Source of the DNA: Candidatus Nomurabacteria bacterium
GTDB taxonomy: Bacteria; Patescibacteriota; Minisyncoccia; Phycocordibacterales; UBA9973
Length of the DNA stretch: 64,000 bases
NCBI GenBank assembly: GCA_943356675.1
Contig: CALRFQ010000002.1
Coordinates: forward strand, 1,433-65,432
Reading direction: 5' to 3'
Positions 46,702 to 54,289 of this stretch are shown in pieces. Position 1 is the stretch's first letter, and the number at the start of each line of letters is the position of its first letter. Made by a program: the position numbers and the translations under genes. Below the pieces are notes generated by a model. It made no database searches. It was given only the letters and a program-made list of their open reading frames with translations, and was not told where the DNA came from.

Positions 46702-47156
46702 TATCGAATATAAATATTGATTTAGATAAATTACGTAAAAAAATTGAAGAGGAAGAAAAAAATACTAAAAGTAATATAGAAATTTTTAGGGATAATGTTC
46801 ACAAAAAGGAGATTAAAGAAATTTCAGAGAATAAGGAGGTATTTGAAAATGAATTTATAAAGGAGCTTGAGATTGAAATATATTCAAAAGAGCCAACAAG
46901 AAAAGATAAATTTATTTTAAAATTTGCTGAATTAATTAAAAAACTAGGATTATTTAATTTTCTAATTGAATTTGCGTACCTTCACGAAAAAATTGTAAGC
47001 GAAATTCAACATAAATTAAATTTGTCTAAAACTGATTTAAAGGAAAATTTTAAAATTAGGACTATAATATTGCTATGTTTTCAGTTTGTAGTAGCATTAG
47101 TTCTAGTTTTATTAACTAAAATCATTAAAATTATTTTAATTCATTTATTTAAATAA
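46659..47156 (+). CDS. hypothetical protein (165 aa), Lys/Glu-rich with C-terminal TM helix
   Basis: ORF overlapping the previous one by 43 nt. Confidence 0.35.
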   Translation: MVSCRILRQTRIKLISNINIDLDKLRKKIEEEEKNTKSNIEIFRDNVHKKEIKEISENKEVFENEFIKELEIEIYSKEPTRKDKFILKFAELIKKLGLFNFLIEFAYLHEKIVSEIQHKLNLSKTDLKENFKIRTIILLCFQFVVALVLVLLTKIIKIILIHLFK

Positions 47157-47188
47157 GTTTTTGTGATTATCAAGGACCGTCCTTGCTA

Positions 47189-47406
47189 AAGTTGATGACA
47201 AATCTCATGATAGGGAAGACAGGATAGAACGCGATGGTATAGTAGAAGGGATTTTGAAAGACGCTGGGATGCCACTTTTACGATTTGAAAACCATGGATC
47301 ATTTAGCAAAGATGAAATAGAAAAAACATTCTGGTATTCTGCAGAATACCAGAATGTTTTTTATTTATCTATCTATCTATTACTATTCTCTAATTCGCTC
47401 GAATAG
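47189..47406 (+). pseudogene. remnant 3' fragment of a DUF2726-family gene (copy 1)
   Basis: In-frame translation VDDKSHDREDRIERDGIVEGILKDAGMPLLRFENHGSFSKDEIEK matches the conserved DUF2726 C-terminus (SHD...ERD...AGIPLLRF). There is no start codon or N-terminal portion. Confidence 0.4.
47325..47358. repeat. perfect 34-bp palindrome element B (aacattctggtattctgcagaataccagaatgtt), copy 1 of 3, flanked by an A6 and a T6 run
   Basis: Its reverse complement is identical. The A-tract/T-tract flanks make it terminator-like. Other copies at 49114 and 49940. Confidence 0.8.
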
Positions 47407-47416
47407 GCGAATAGTT
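47383..47416. repeat. repeat element C, copy 2
   Basis: Identical to 28818-28851. Confidence 0.8.
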
Positions 47417-47474
47417 CCCGAATATTTTCCAAATAGCCCCACGCCACCAACCCTCACCAAGCACAATACCAAAA

Positions 47475-47512
47475 ATAACATTCTCACATTCTCAAGAATG
47501 TGAGAATGTTAT
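47475..47512. repeat. palindromic repeat element A, copy 2
   Basis: aaaaataacattctcacattctcaagaatgtgagaatgttatttt. Confidence 0.8.
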
Positions 47513-47915
47513 TTTGTTGTAATATTTTCTCAACGTACCCGTCTTTTAATATGTAAGTACTTTGTTATTTTTTATAGGAAATGGCAGAAAAATATCCTCG
47601 GACAAGGATGTAATGCATACCCACATAGCGAAAGGGCTGTAAGGGTAGTTAGGAGGCCTTATTACAAAGGTATTGTTCAAAAGCGGGTGTAGATAAACTG
47701 AACCACCCCCTATTTATTAAACATATATAAAATAAACTGCAGTGCGTTTTGTATATGAAATAGGTCAGACAAGTAGCGTATGTTGGTCGCTAGTCTCTCA
47801 AATATCAAGTGGGCTTGATCTTTGTGCAAAAATAAAAGCTGAAGCAACACCTCTTTTGCGAGTAAAACCTATTCTCGTTTTCCTATAAAAGGTAATAAAA
47901 TGTTATAATATTATT

Positions 47916-48914
47916 ATGAAGAAGAAGGTAATTAAAACTAAAGACAAAAATCAAGGCATGGTTATATATCAGGCTAAATCCGGAGCAATCGAACTTCGCG
48001 GGGATTTTAAGCATGAGACAGTATGGGCAACACAGGATCAAATTGCTGAACTTTTCATGACTACAAAGCAAAACATTAGTCAGCACTTGAAAAGTATTTT
48101 TGAAACAAAAGAATTAAATCAGAATTCAGTTGTAAAGGATTTCTTTACAACTGCTAAAGATGGTAAGCAATATAAGGTTAAATTTTATAATTTAGATGTT
48201 CTACTTTCTGTCGGGTATAGAGTTAATTCCAGAAATGCAACCCAGTTTCGTATTTGGGCCACAAAGACACTGAAAGAGCATTTAGTGAAAGGCTACACTA
48301 TAAACAAGAAAGTCATACTTAAAAATTATGATTCTTTTATTGAGACAGTAAATAGCATTCAGGCACTCCTTCCAGAGCACGTAGTCCTTGATCCGAAAGC
48401 AATTCTTGATTTGGTGAAGGAATATTCGGTCACATGGGCTAAGCTTGATGCTTATGATAAAGACCAATTGTTTACCAAAGGCCAAACAAAGAAAAAAGTA
48501 AAACTTGCCGGACAAGAACTATTGGACGCTATTTCAGAATTGAAAAATGAATTAATGAAGAAAGACGAAGCTACAGATATGTTTGCAATGGAGAGGTTTG
48601 CTGGTGGCGTGGAAGGTATAGTGGGTAACGTGATGCAAGCATTTGGCGGGCAAGATGTGTATCTTACTGTCGAAGAAAAGGCAGCTCACTTACTATATTT
48701 TATGGTAAAGAATCATCCGTTCACAGATGGTAATAAACGTTCGGGTGCTTTTGCGTTTATTTGGTTCCTGCGGAAAGTGGGTGTGCTTGGTGCTAAAAAC
48801 ATAAATCCTTCAGGCCTAACAGCTATCACACTCCTTATTGCTGAAAGCGATCCAAAGCATAAAGACAAAATGGTTGCCCTAGTTGTTGAGCTTTTGCAAG
48901 TAAATAAAAAATAA
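47916..48914 (+). CDS. RhuM-family N-terminal domain fused to Fic/Doc domain (putative AMPylating/phosphorylating toxin-like protein)
   Basis: The N-terminal YNLDVLLSVGYRVNSRNATQFRIWATK is RhuM-like. The C-terminal HPFTDGNKRSG matches the Fic motif HPFx(D/E)GN(G/K)R. TGTTATAAT lies 6 nt before the ATG. Confidence 0.75.
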   Translation: MKKKVIKTKDKNQGMVIYQAKSGAIELRGDFKHETVWATQDQIAELFMTTKQNISQHLKSIFETKELNQNSVVKDFFTTAKDGKQYKVKFYNLDVLLSVGYRVNSRNATQFRIWATKTLKEHLVKGYTINKKVILKNYDSFIETVNSIQALLPEHVVLDPKAILDLVKEYSVTWAKLDAYDKDQLFTKGQTKKKVKLAGQELLDAISELKNELMKKDEATDMFAMERFAGGVEGIVGNVMQAFGGQDVYLTVEEKAAHLLYFMVKNHPFTDGNKRSGAFAFIWFLRKVGVLGAKNINPSGLTAITLLIAESDPKHKDKMVALVVELLQVNKK

Positions 48915-48950
48915 ACTTAATTAAGATAATGTTTAGTAAGGACCGTAGTT

Positions 48951-49195
48951 GCTAAACAGAACGCGATGGTATAGTAGAAGGGATTTTTTAAAGACGCTGG
49001 GATGCCACTTTTACGATTTGAAAACCATGGATCATTTAGCAAAGACGAAATCCAAAAAATAATTTTATCAAAATTATCCTAAACATCTCCCACCACCACC
49101 TCTCCTCAAAATAAACATTCTGGTATTCTGCAGAATACCAGAATGTTTTTTATTTATCTATCCATACATTACTATTCTCTAATTCGCTCGAATAG
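48951..49195 (+). pseudogene. remnant 3' fragment of a DUF2726-family gene (copy 2, internally deleted and frameshifted)
   Basis: About 90% identical to 47213-47330 at the DNA level (...ERDGIVEGI...), but with a 1-nt insertion and a missing upstream segment. Confidence 0.35.
49114..49147. repeat. palindrome element B, copy 2
   Basis: Exact copy. Confidence 0.8.
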
Positions 49196-49205
49196 GCGAA
49201 TAGTT
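49172..49205. repeat. repeat element C, copy 3
   Basis: Exact copy. Confidence 0.8.
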
Positions 49206-49256
49206 ATATAAAAAAGGGCAGAACAAATTTGTTCCACCCTTTTTAAGCCGCAATGG

Positions 49257-49526
49257 TTATTTGAGATCGAATTGACCGGATTTTACTCCTTTAATAAATG
49301 CATCCCACTCATCGTGTTTAAAGTATTGTGTTGCCTTAGTTTCATCTTTCGAATCACGTATAGCTACACCTTCCTCCTTTATTGCAATCATTACACAGGT
49401 TTGCGGATTGTTTTTTGACCATTCCGACTTTTTAAAATCCTGCTCTTCAACATCAAAACCAAAAGGCTTTTTCTTTTTTTTATCTAACACTTCGCTATTC
49501 TCCTTTCTGAAATTTGTGTTATTCAA
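49257..49526 (-). CDS. DUF397-domain protein
   Basis: WSKNNPQTCVMIAIKEEGVAIRDSKDETKATQYFKHDEWDAFIKGVKSGQFDL fits the DUF397 pattern (W.KSS...CVEVA...VAVRDSKD...F...EW.AF..GVK.G.FD). Confidence 0.5.
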   Translation of the reverse strand: MNNTNFRKENSEVLDKKKKKPFGFDVEEQDFKKSEWSKNNPQTCVMIAIKEEGVAIRDSKDETKATQYFKHDEWDAFIKGVKSGQFDLK

Positions 49527-49591
49527 GAACTATTCTTGAAATCATTTTCAATTATTATAATACCATAATATACACAAATTGCAACCCTAAA

Positions 49592-49626
49592 ATAACATTC
49601 TCACATTCTTGAGAATGTGAGAATGT
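49592..49626. repeat. palindromic repeat element A, copy 3 (variant centre)
   Basis: ataacattctcacattcttgagaatgtgagaatgt. Confidence 0.75.
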
Positions 49627-49653
49627 CGTTTTGGACTATTTTGTTTCTAAGCA

Positions 49654-49884
49654 CTATGCCTTTTTGATAAATTCAGTGCGGAGGACAATGCCTTTCATAC
49701 CGTCGATATTGCACTCCACTAGCTCTTCATCATCTGTCAGGCGGATATTCTTGGCCTTGGTGCCTTTCTTGATCACTATTGAGCTACCTTTTATTTTTAA
49801 ATCTTTTATAAGGGTGATACTGTCGCCATGGGCTAGTATCGTGCCGTTCGCATCGCGAACTATTACTTCATCTTCTGTTTCCAT
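49654..49884 (-). CDS. PhnA/YjdC-like C-terminal-domain protein (76 aa)
   Basis: DANGTILAHGDSITLIKDLKIKGSSIVIKKGTKAKNIRLTDDEELVECNIDGMKGIVLRTEFIKK aligns with PhnA-protein C-terminal domains. The ORF-track start 49944 lies inside palindrome B, so the internal Met at 49884 is preferred. Confidence 0.5.
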   Translation of the reverse strand: METEDEVIVRDANGTILAHGDSITLIKDLKIKGSSIVIKKGTKAKNIRLTDDEELVECNIDGMKGIVLRTEFIKKA

Positions 49885-49939
49885 ATAACTCAAAGTATAC
49901 ACAATTTTAAAATTTCTGCACCTATCAATTTTATTTAAT

Positions 49940-49973
49940 AACATTCTGGTATTCTGCAGAATACCAGAATGTT
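49940..49973. repeat. palindrome element B, copy 3, in a divergent promoter region
   Basis: Exact copy between the minus-strand PhnA-like gene and the plus-strand EVE gene. Confidence 0.8.
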
Positions 49974-50006
49974 ATTTTGCATTATTTCATATGATATAAT
50001 AACTCT

Positions 50007-50492
50007 ATGAACTACTGGCTAATAAAATCCGAGGCGTCGTGCTACGGCATCGACGATTTGAAGAAAGATAAGAAGACGAGTTGGGAAGGCGTGAGGAACT
50101 ACCAAGCGCGGAATTTCATGACGCAGGGGATGAAGGTGGGGGACAAGATACTTTTCTATCATTCAATAGGGTCAGACAAAACACCTGCGGGTGTGTACGG
50201 CGTCGCGCGCGTGGCGAGGGGAGCCCATGCCGACGAAACTCAGTTTGATAGGAAAGACGAACATTACGATCCCAAGGCTATTAAGCCCAAAGCTAGCAAT
50301 ACTGGCAAAGTCATATGGCAATGCGTAGACGTGGCATTTGTATCGAAGTGGAAGCATCCCGTCACCCTCGCAGAAATCCGCCTCGACCCCGCCCTCTCCG
50401 GCATGCCCCTCCTCGCCCCCGGCCAGCGCCTCTCCATAATGCCCGTGTCCGAAAAGCATTTCAATCATATTCTTAATTTATCCCAATCCTAA
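50007..50492 (+). CDS. EVE (PUA-like, DUF55) domain protein
   Basis: YWLIKSEA...W.GVRNYQARNFM...GDKILFYHS...GVYGVARV pattern. TGATATAAT lies 6 nt before the ATG. The 3' half is strikingly GC-rich. Confidence 0.75.
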   Translation: MNYWLIKSEASCYGIDDLKKDKKTSWEGVRNYQARNFMTQGMKVGDKILFYHSIGSDKTPAGVYGVARVARGAHADETQFDRKDEHYDPKAIKPKASNTGKVIWQCVDVAFVSKWKHPVTLAEIRLDPALSGMPLLAPGQRLSIMPVSEKHFNHILNLSQS

Positions 50493-50516
50493 TTTCCTTC
50501 CTCTCGCATCCCGTAT

Positions 50517-50550
50517 CTATTCTCTAATTCGCTCGAATAGGCGAATAGTT
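50517..50550. repeat. repeat element C, copy 4
   Basis: Exact copy. Confidence 0.8.
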
Positions 50551-50672
50551 GTGCACTATATTATATTTGCGAAATATCATTTTTATGGTATAAGTAATAT
50601 GAATAGTGTGTTTAGCATTATTTATTATAATAACCTACATAATAAAGTAGGAAAATAAAAAAATTTTAAACT

Positions 50673-50975
50673 ATGAGTTCTTTAAACAGAAACCAGAGAA
50701 GCTTGTCCAGAGCGAAAGCTTTTCTAAAACCGTTCCTTTCATCGAAAAAGGATCGTAAAGTAATTACAGCAGTCTACAAGGCTTGCTCAAAAATTTACAA
50801 TCTTGAATTATCTAATTCAGGATTCAGTAAAAAATTTTGTGACTTAGGTATTAGTCAACAGCAATTAAATCAAATCATTGATGACATTCAGTTTAGTACT
50901 GGCAAAATTTACAACTATAAACAACGCGATCTTCGTGAAAATGCGTTCGACCTTATGGTAATGGTAATGCTTTAA
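50673..50975 (+). CDS. hypothetical protein (100 aa)
   Basis: ORF only. Confidence 0.3.
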   Translation: MSSLNRNQRSLSRAKAFLKPFLSSKKDRKVITAVYKACSKIYNLELSNSGFSKKFCDLGISQQQLNQIIDDIQFSTGKIYNYKQRDLRENAFDLMVMVML

Positions 50976-51032
50976 AACAAAAATTAATGGGACCCGCACT
51001 TTGTGTGGGCCTTTTAATTTGCATGTTAGTTC

Positions 51033-51066
51033 ATATTCTCTAATTCGCACGAATAGGCGAATAGTT
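51033..51066. repeat. repeat element C, copy 5 (2 mismatches)
   Basis: catattctctaattcgcacgaataggcgaatagtt. Confidence 0.7.
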
Positions 51067-51130
51067 GCGTTGCGTTAGGGTTGTATCGGCATACTATATA
51101 CATAGAAATATTTTATGATATAATTTATTT

Positions 51131-51412
51131 ATGAAAATCGGAGAATATGAAAAAGTATTCAAAGCACTAGCAAACAAGAGGAGACTTGAGATAATTAAAT
51201 TTTTATCTGAAAAGTCTGAAGCCACAGTCGGCGAAATAGCAAAAAAGATTAAGCTTTCGATCAAAGCAACATCCAAACATTTGATAATACTCGCGAACGC
51301 TGAGGTATTAGAAAAGGACCAAAGGAATCTACTCGTGTTTTATCAGAAATCAAAAGCAATGCCCAAGAAATTACAATCTCTTATTAATCTATTCTCTAAT
51401 TCGCTCGAATAG
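51131..51412 (+). CDS. ArsR/SmtB-family HTH transcriptional regulator
   Basis: KALANKRRLEIIKFLSEKSEATVGEIAKKIKLSIKATSKHL winged-helix region. The last 7 codons and the stop codon are supplied by repeat element C. Confidence 0.7.
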   Translation: MKIGEYEKVFKALANKRRLEIIKFLSEKSEATVGEIAKKIKLSIKATSKHLIILANAEVLEKDQRNLLVFYQKSKAMPKKLQSLINLFSNSLE

Positions 51413-51422
51413 GCGAATAGTT
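51389..51422. repeat. repeat element C, copy 6 (overlaps the ArsR stop)
   Basis: Exact copy. Confidence 0.8.
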
Positions 51423-51435
51423 TAATTCATAATCT

Positions 51436-51816
51436 ATGATTATTAAAATAATTGAAAATTATATTTTGGGGTTTGCACTAGGAGTTATGCTTGAATGCGC
51501 GTATCGATCCATCAATGCGCGGAGGTTTGTACTGCCGGATTTTTTTAGCACTCAAATATATGCATTTAGTACTATGTTCTTGTATTTGTTAAGTTTTCTT
51601 TATTTACCCATAGCTTATTTGGTAATTGTAATTGCTGTAATTACTTCAGGTCTAGAATTTATAATTGGATATGCGTATTTAAAATTTAAGAATGTGATGC
51701 TCTGGGATTATTCGAAAGAGTTTATGAATTTCAAGGGATTGATTTGTTTGAAGTTTTCTATTCTCTGGGTAATACTTTCACTAATCTATTATTATCTAAT
51801 CATTCCATTTATTTAA
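51436..51816 (+). CDS. hypothetical membrane protein (126 aa)
   Basis: ORF with 3-4 TM helices, downstream of arsR-like gene. Confidence 0.35.
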   Translation: MIIKIIENYILGFALGVMLECAYRSINARRFVLPDFFSTQIYAFSTMFLYLLSFLYLPIAYLVIVIAVITSGLEFIIGYAYLKFKNVMLWDYSKEFMNFKGLICLKFSILWVILSLIYYYLIIPFI

Positions 51817-52098
51817 ATGTTTAAGAAAAAATTTATAATTAACGCAAAAGTTTGGCGGTGGCCGGGGGATGGAGGCTGGCATTTCGTGACGTTCGAGAAG
51901 AAGCTATCAGAGAGCATAAGAAAGGTATATACGAAAGGCTTTGTGAAGATTGAAGCGAAGGTGGGTAAGAGCACTTGGAAGACTTCGCTTTTCCCGCATA
52001 AGGAATCTGGCTATTTGCTTTGTATAAGTAAGAAGATTCGCAAAGCTGAAGACATAGTGGAAGGTGACGAAATTAAAATCTCAATTGTGATACAATAA
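51817..52098 (+). CDS. DUF1905-domain protein
   Basis: WRWPGDGGWHFVTF...GKSTWKTSLFPHKESGYLLCI...GDEIKISI matches the DUF1905 pattern. Confidence 0.55.
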   Translation: MFKKKFIINAKVWRWPGDGGWHFVTFEKKLSESIRKVYTKGFVKIEAKVGKSTWKTSLFPHKESGYLLCISKKIRKAEDIVEGDEIKISIVIQ

Positions 52099-52102
52099 AT
52101 TT

Positions 52103-52474
52103 ATGAAATTAAATGAGCTTACAGAAGAAGAGAAGAGAGTGATACTTGAGAAAGGCACAGAGGCGCCGTTTGTGGGTGAGTATACGAATACTAAAGAGAC
52201 TGGTGTGTATGTGTGCAAGCAATGCGAGGCACCACTATATAATTCGAAAGATAAATTTGAAAGTACTTGCGGGTGGCCAAGCTTCGACCAAGAGATTGAA
52301 GGAGCAATCAAAAGAGATTCATATATTGATCCATACTTCGGCCAAGAGATCACTTGTGCGAATTGCGGTGGGCACCTCGGCCACATATTTAAAGGTGAGC
52401 ACCTTACAGAGAAAGACACTCGCCACTGCGTGAATTCTATCTCGCTCAAGTTTGTGCCTGGAATTGAAAAATAA
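52103..52474 (+). CDS. msrB: peptide methionine-R-sulfoxide reductase MsrB
   Basis: Two CxxC pairs (CKQCEAPLY, CANCGGHLGHIF) and CGWPSF motif. Confidence 0.9.
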   Translation: MKLNELTEEEKRVILEKGTEAPFVGEYTNTKETGVYVCKQCEAPLYNSKDKFESTCGWPSFDQEIEGAIKRDSYIDPYFGQEITCANCGGHLGHIFKGEHLTEKDTRHCVNSISLKFVPGIEK

Positions 52475-52503
52475 CATTCTCACATTCTCAAGAATGTGAG
52501 AAT
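52471..52503. repeat. palindromic repeat element A, copy 4 (right arm truncated)
   Basis: ataacattctcacattctcaagaatgtgagaatttt lies immediately after the msrB stop. Confidence 0.75.
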
Positions 52504-52514
52504 TTTAAAAATTT

Positions 52515-53090
52515 GTGGAATATATAATTAAGAAAAATAAAAGATCGAAGAATTTGCGAATCATTGTGCATCAAGATGGCAGAGTGGTAGTGACGGCGCC
52601 TATACGTGCGCCACTTTACCTTGTGAAGAAATTCGTCGAGAGCAGGGAGGAATGGATAGAAGAGAGAGTGGAAAATTTCCTAAAGAAAAAGATAGAGGTG
52701 GAAAAAGAGAATGAAAAACTTGGAATACCGAAGAAGATGACGAAGGCTGAGCAAATGAAGGATTATAAAAAGTATAAGGAGAGTGCGAGAGAATTTGTTG
52801 AGAGTAGAATCATAGATTTAAATAAATTTTATAATTTTGAATATGGAAAAATCGCAATTAGGAATCAAAGCACAAGGTGGGGGAGCTGTTCAAGAAAGAA
52901 AAATTTAAATTTTAATTATAAAATTGTAAAACTTCCAAGTCATATGGCTGACTATATCATAGTGCATGAGCTGTGCCACCTCGCACATTTTAACCACTCA
53001 AAAAACTTTTGGGATTTAGTGGAGAGGATTGTACCAGACCATATAGAGATACGGCGTCAACTACACAAAATGGGACTTTCGTTTGATTAA
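52515..53090 (+). CDS. YgjP/DUF45-family metal-dependent hydrolase
   Basis: WGSCS...HELCHL zinc-binding region typical of the family. Confidence 0.7.
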   Translation: MEYIIKKNKRSKNLRIIVHQDGRVVVTAPIRAPLYLVKKFVESREEWIEERVENFLKKKIEVEKENEKLGIPKKMTKAEQMKDYKKYKESAREFVESRIIDLNKFYNFEYGKIAIRNQSTRWGSCSRKKNLNFNYKIVKLPSHMADYIIVHELCHLAHFNHSKNFWDLVERIVPDHIEIRRQLHKMGLSFD

Positions 53091-53199
53091 GTGTTTTCCC
53101 CTAGGGAAAAACTTGGTTCTCTAGGGAGAAAGGTGGTATAATATTCATATCGTTTTATTAATAATTAATCCTGACTTAAAAGGAATAAAATAAATTTAT

Positions 53200-53535
53200 A
53201 TGGCAGCAAAAAAAGCAGTAGCAAAAAAGGTGGTCGCAAAGAAAGTTGTAGCTAAGAAAGCAGCTCCAGCAAAGAAGGCAGCAGGGAAAGCAAATTCAGC
53301 TTTCATGAAGCCAATGACAATCAGTGCAGACTTAATGGCAGTAGTAGGAAAGAGTTCAATGCCTCGTTCTGAGGTTGTGAAGGCTCTATGGGTATATATT
53401 AAGAAATTTAATCTTCAAGATCCTAAGAACAAGCGAAATATCGTTGCCGATGCTAACCTTAAGAAGGTTTTCGGTGGTAAGGCTGTGGTAAACATGTTTG
53501 AAATGACAAAGCTTGTTTCAAAGCACCTTTCCTAA
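53200..53535 (+). CDS. SWIB/MDM2-domain protein with N-terminal Lys/Ala-rich histone-H1-like tail
   Basis: AKKAVAKKVVAKK tail followed by the SWIB core (RSEVVKALWVYIKKFNLQDPKNKRNI...LKKVFGG...MFEMTKLVSKHL). Confidence 0.7.
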   Translation: MAAKKAVAKKVVAKKVVAKKAAPAKKAAGKANSAFMKPMTISADLMAVVGKSSMPRSEVVKALWVYIKKFNLQDPKNKRNIVADANLKKVFGGKAVVNMFEMTKLVSKHLS

Positions 53536-53680
53536 ATTTTAACTTTCTCTATCTACAAAATGCGCCCAAATGGGTGCATTTTGTATTGATATTTGCTTTT
53601 TTAGTAAATTAGTGTTATTATATAAAGATAATAGCAAAATGCTTTCGAAAGCAATAATTTAACTATAACAAATATAATTT

Positions 53681-54274
53681 ATGGGAAATTTCCAAGGTGG
53701 TAGAGGAGGAGGTGGAGGATTTAGAGGTGGTTCATCTGGTGGCCGCCCAAGCTTCGGTGGACGCAAGAGTTTCGGTGGCGACCGCGGTGGACGCAGTGAT
53801 GGTCCAGCTGAAATGTTTAAGACAGTATGTAGTGAGTGTGGTAATTCTTGTGAAGTACCATTTCGTCCATCTGGTGACAAGCCAGTGTACTGTAACAACT
53901 GTTTCAGTAGTAAGCGTGAAGGTGTAGACCGAAAGCCAAGAAATGATTTCGGAGATCGTGCACCACGCCGTGAGTTTAACGACCGCCCAGCATTTACTCC
54001 AAAGCCATCATTTGATGCTAAGCCAGCCGGAAATTCTGGAATGGAAAAGCAACTTACAGAAATGAATATCAAGCTTGATCGTTTGATCCGCTCTATTGAA
54101 GTGCTTTCACTTCCTAAGCAAGCTCCAAAAGAAATTGCAAAAGAAGTAGTAAAGGCTCCTGTAGCAGCTCCAAAGGTAGTAGCGAAAGCTCCTGCAAAGC
54201 CAGTAGCAAAAGTAGCGAAAGTAGCTACAAAGGCTCCAGCCAAGAAAGCAGCTCCAGCAAAGAAAAAGAAATAA
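53681..54274 (+). CDS. RGG-rich / zinc-ribbon (CxxC...CxxC) protein with C-terminal Lys/Ala/Pro-rich tail
   Basis: Gly/Arg-rich N-terminus, CSECGNSCEVPFRPSGDKPVYCNNCF zinc ribbon (zf-trcl-like) and KAPVAAPKVVAKAPAKPVAK tail. The antisense ORF 53659-54243 is treated as a shadow. Confidence 0.5.
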   Translation: MGNFQGGRGGGGGFRGGSSGGRPSFGGRKSFGGDRGGRSDGPAEMFKTVCSECGNSCEVPFRPSGDKPVYCNNCFSSKREGVDRKPRNDFGDRAPRREFNDRPAFTPKPSFDAKPAGNSGMEKQLTEMNIKLDRLIRSIEVLSLPKQAPKEIAKEVVKAPVAAPKVVAKAPAKPVAKVAKVATKAPAKKAAPAKKKK

Positions 54275-54289
54275 TATTTTATTCTTCAC

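Noticed and set aside
36690-52102. Integrase, transposase or IS element that could explain the island
   Set aside because: None of the ORFs shows tyrosine or serine recombinase or DDE transposase motifs (no RHRY or DDE patterns recognised). Mobility is inferred only from composition, repeats and pseudogene remnants.
47168-52503. Possible CRISPR array suggested by the many short repeats
   Set aside because: The repeats belong to three different sequences, are palindromic, and are separated by whole genes or irregular spacers rather than 30-40-bp unique spacers. No cas genes are present. A Cas4-like fold in the DUF2779 protein is not a cas4 gene by context.
53659-54243. 194-aa antisense ORF opposite the RGG/zinc-ribbon gene
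   Set aside because: Shadow ORF created by the Gly/Ala/Lys-rich codon composition. The plus-strand frame has a zinc ribbon, a histone-like tail, and a promoter and terminator in the right places.
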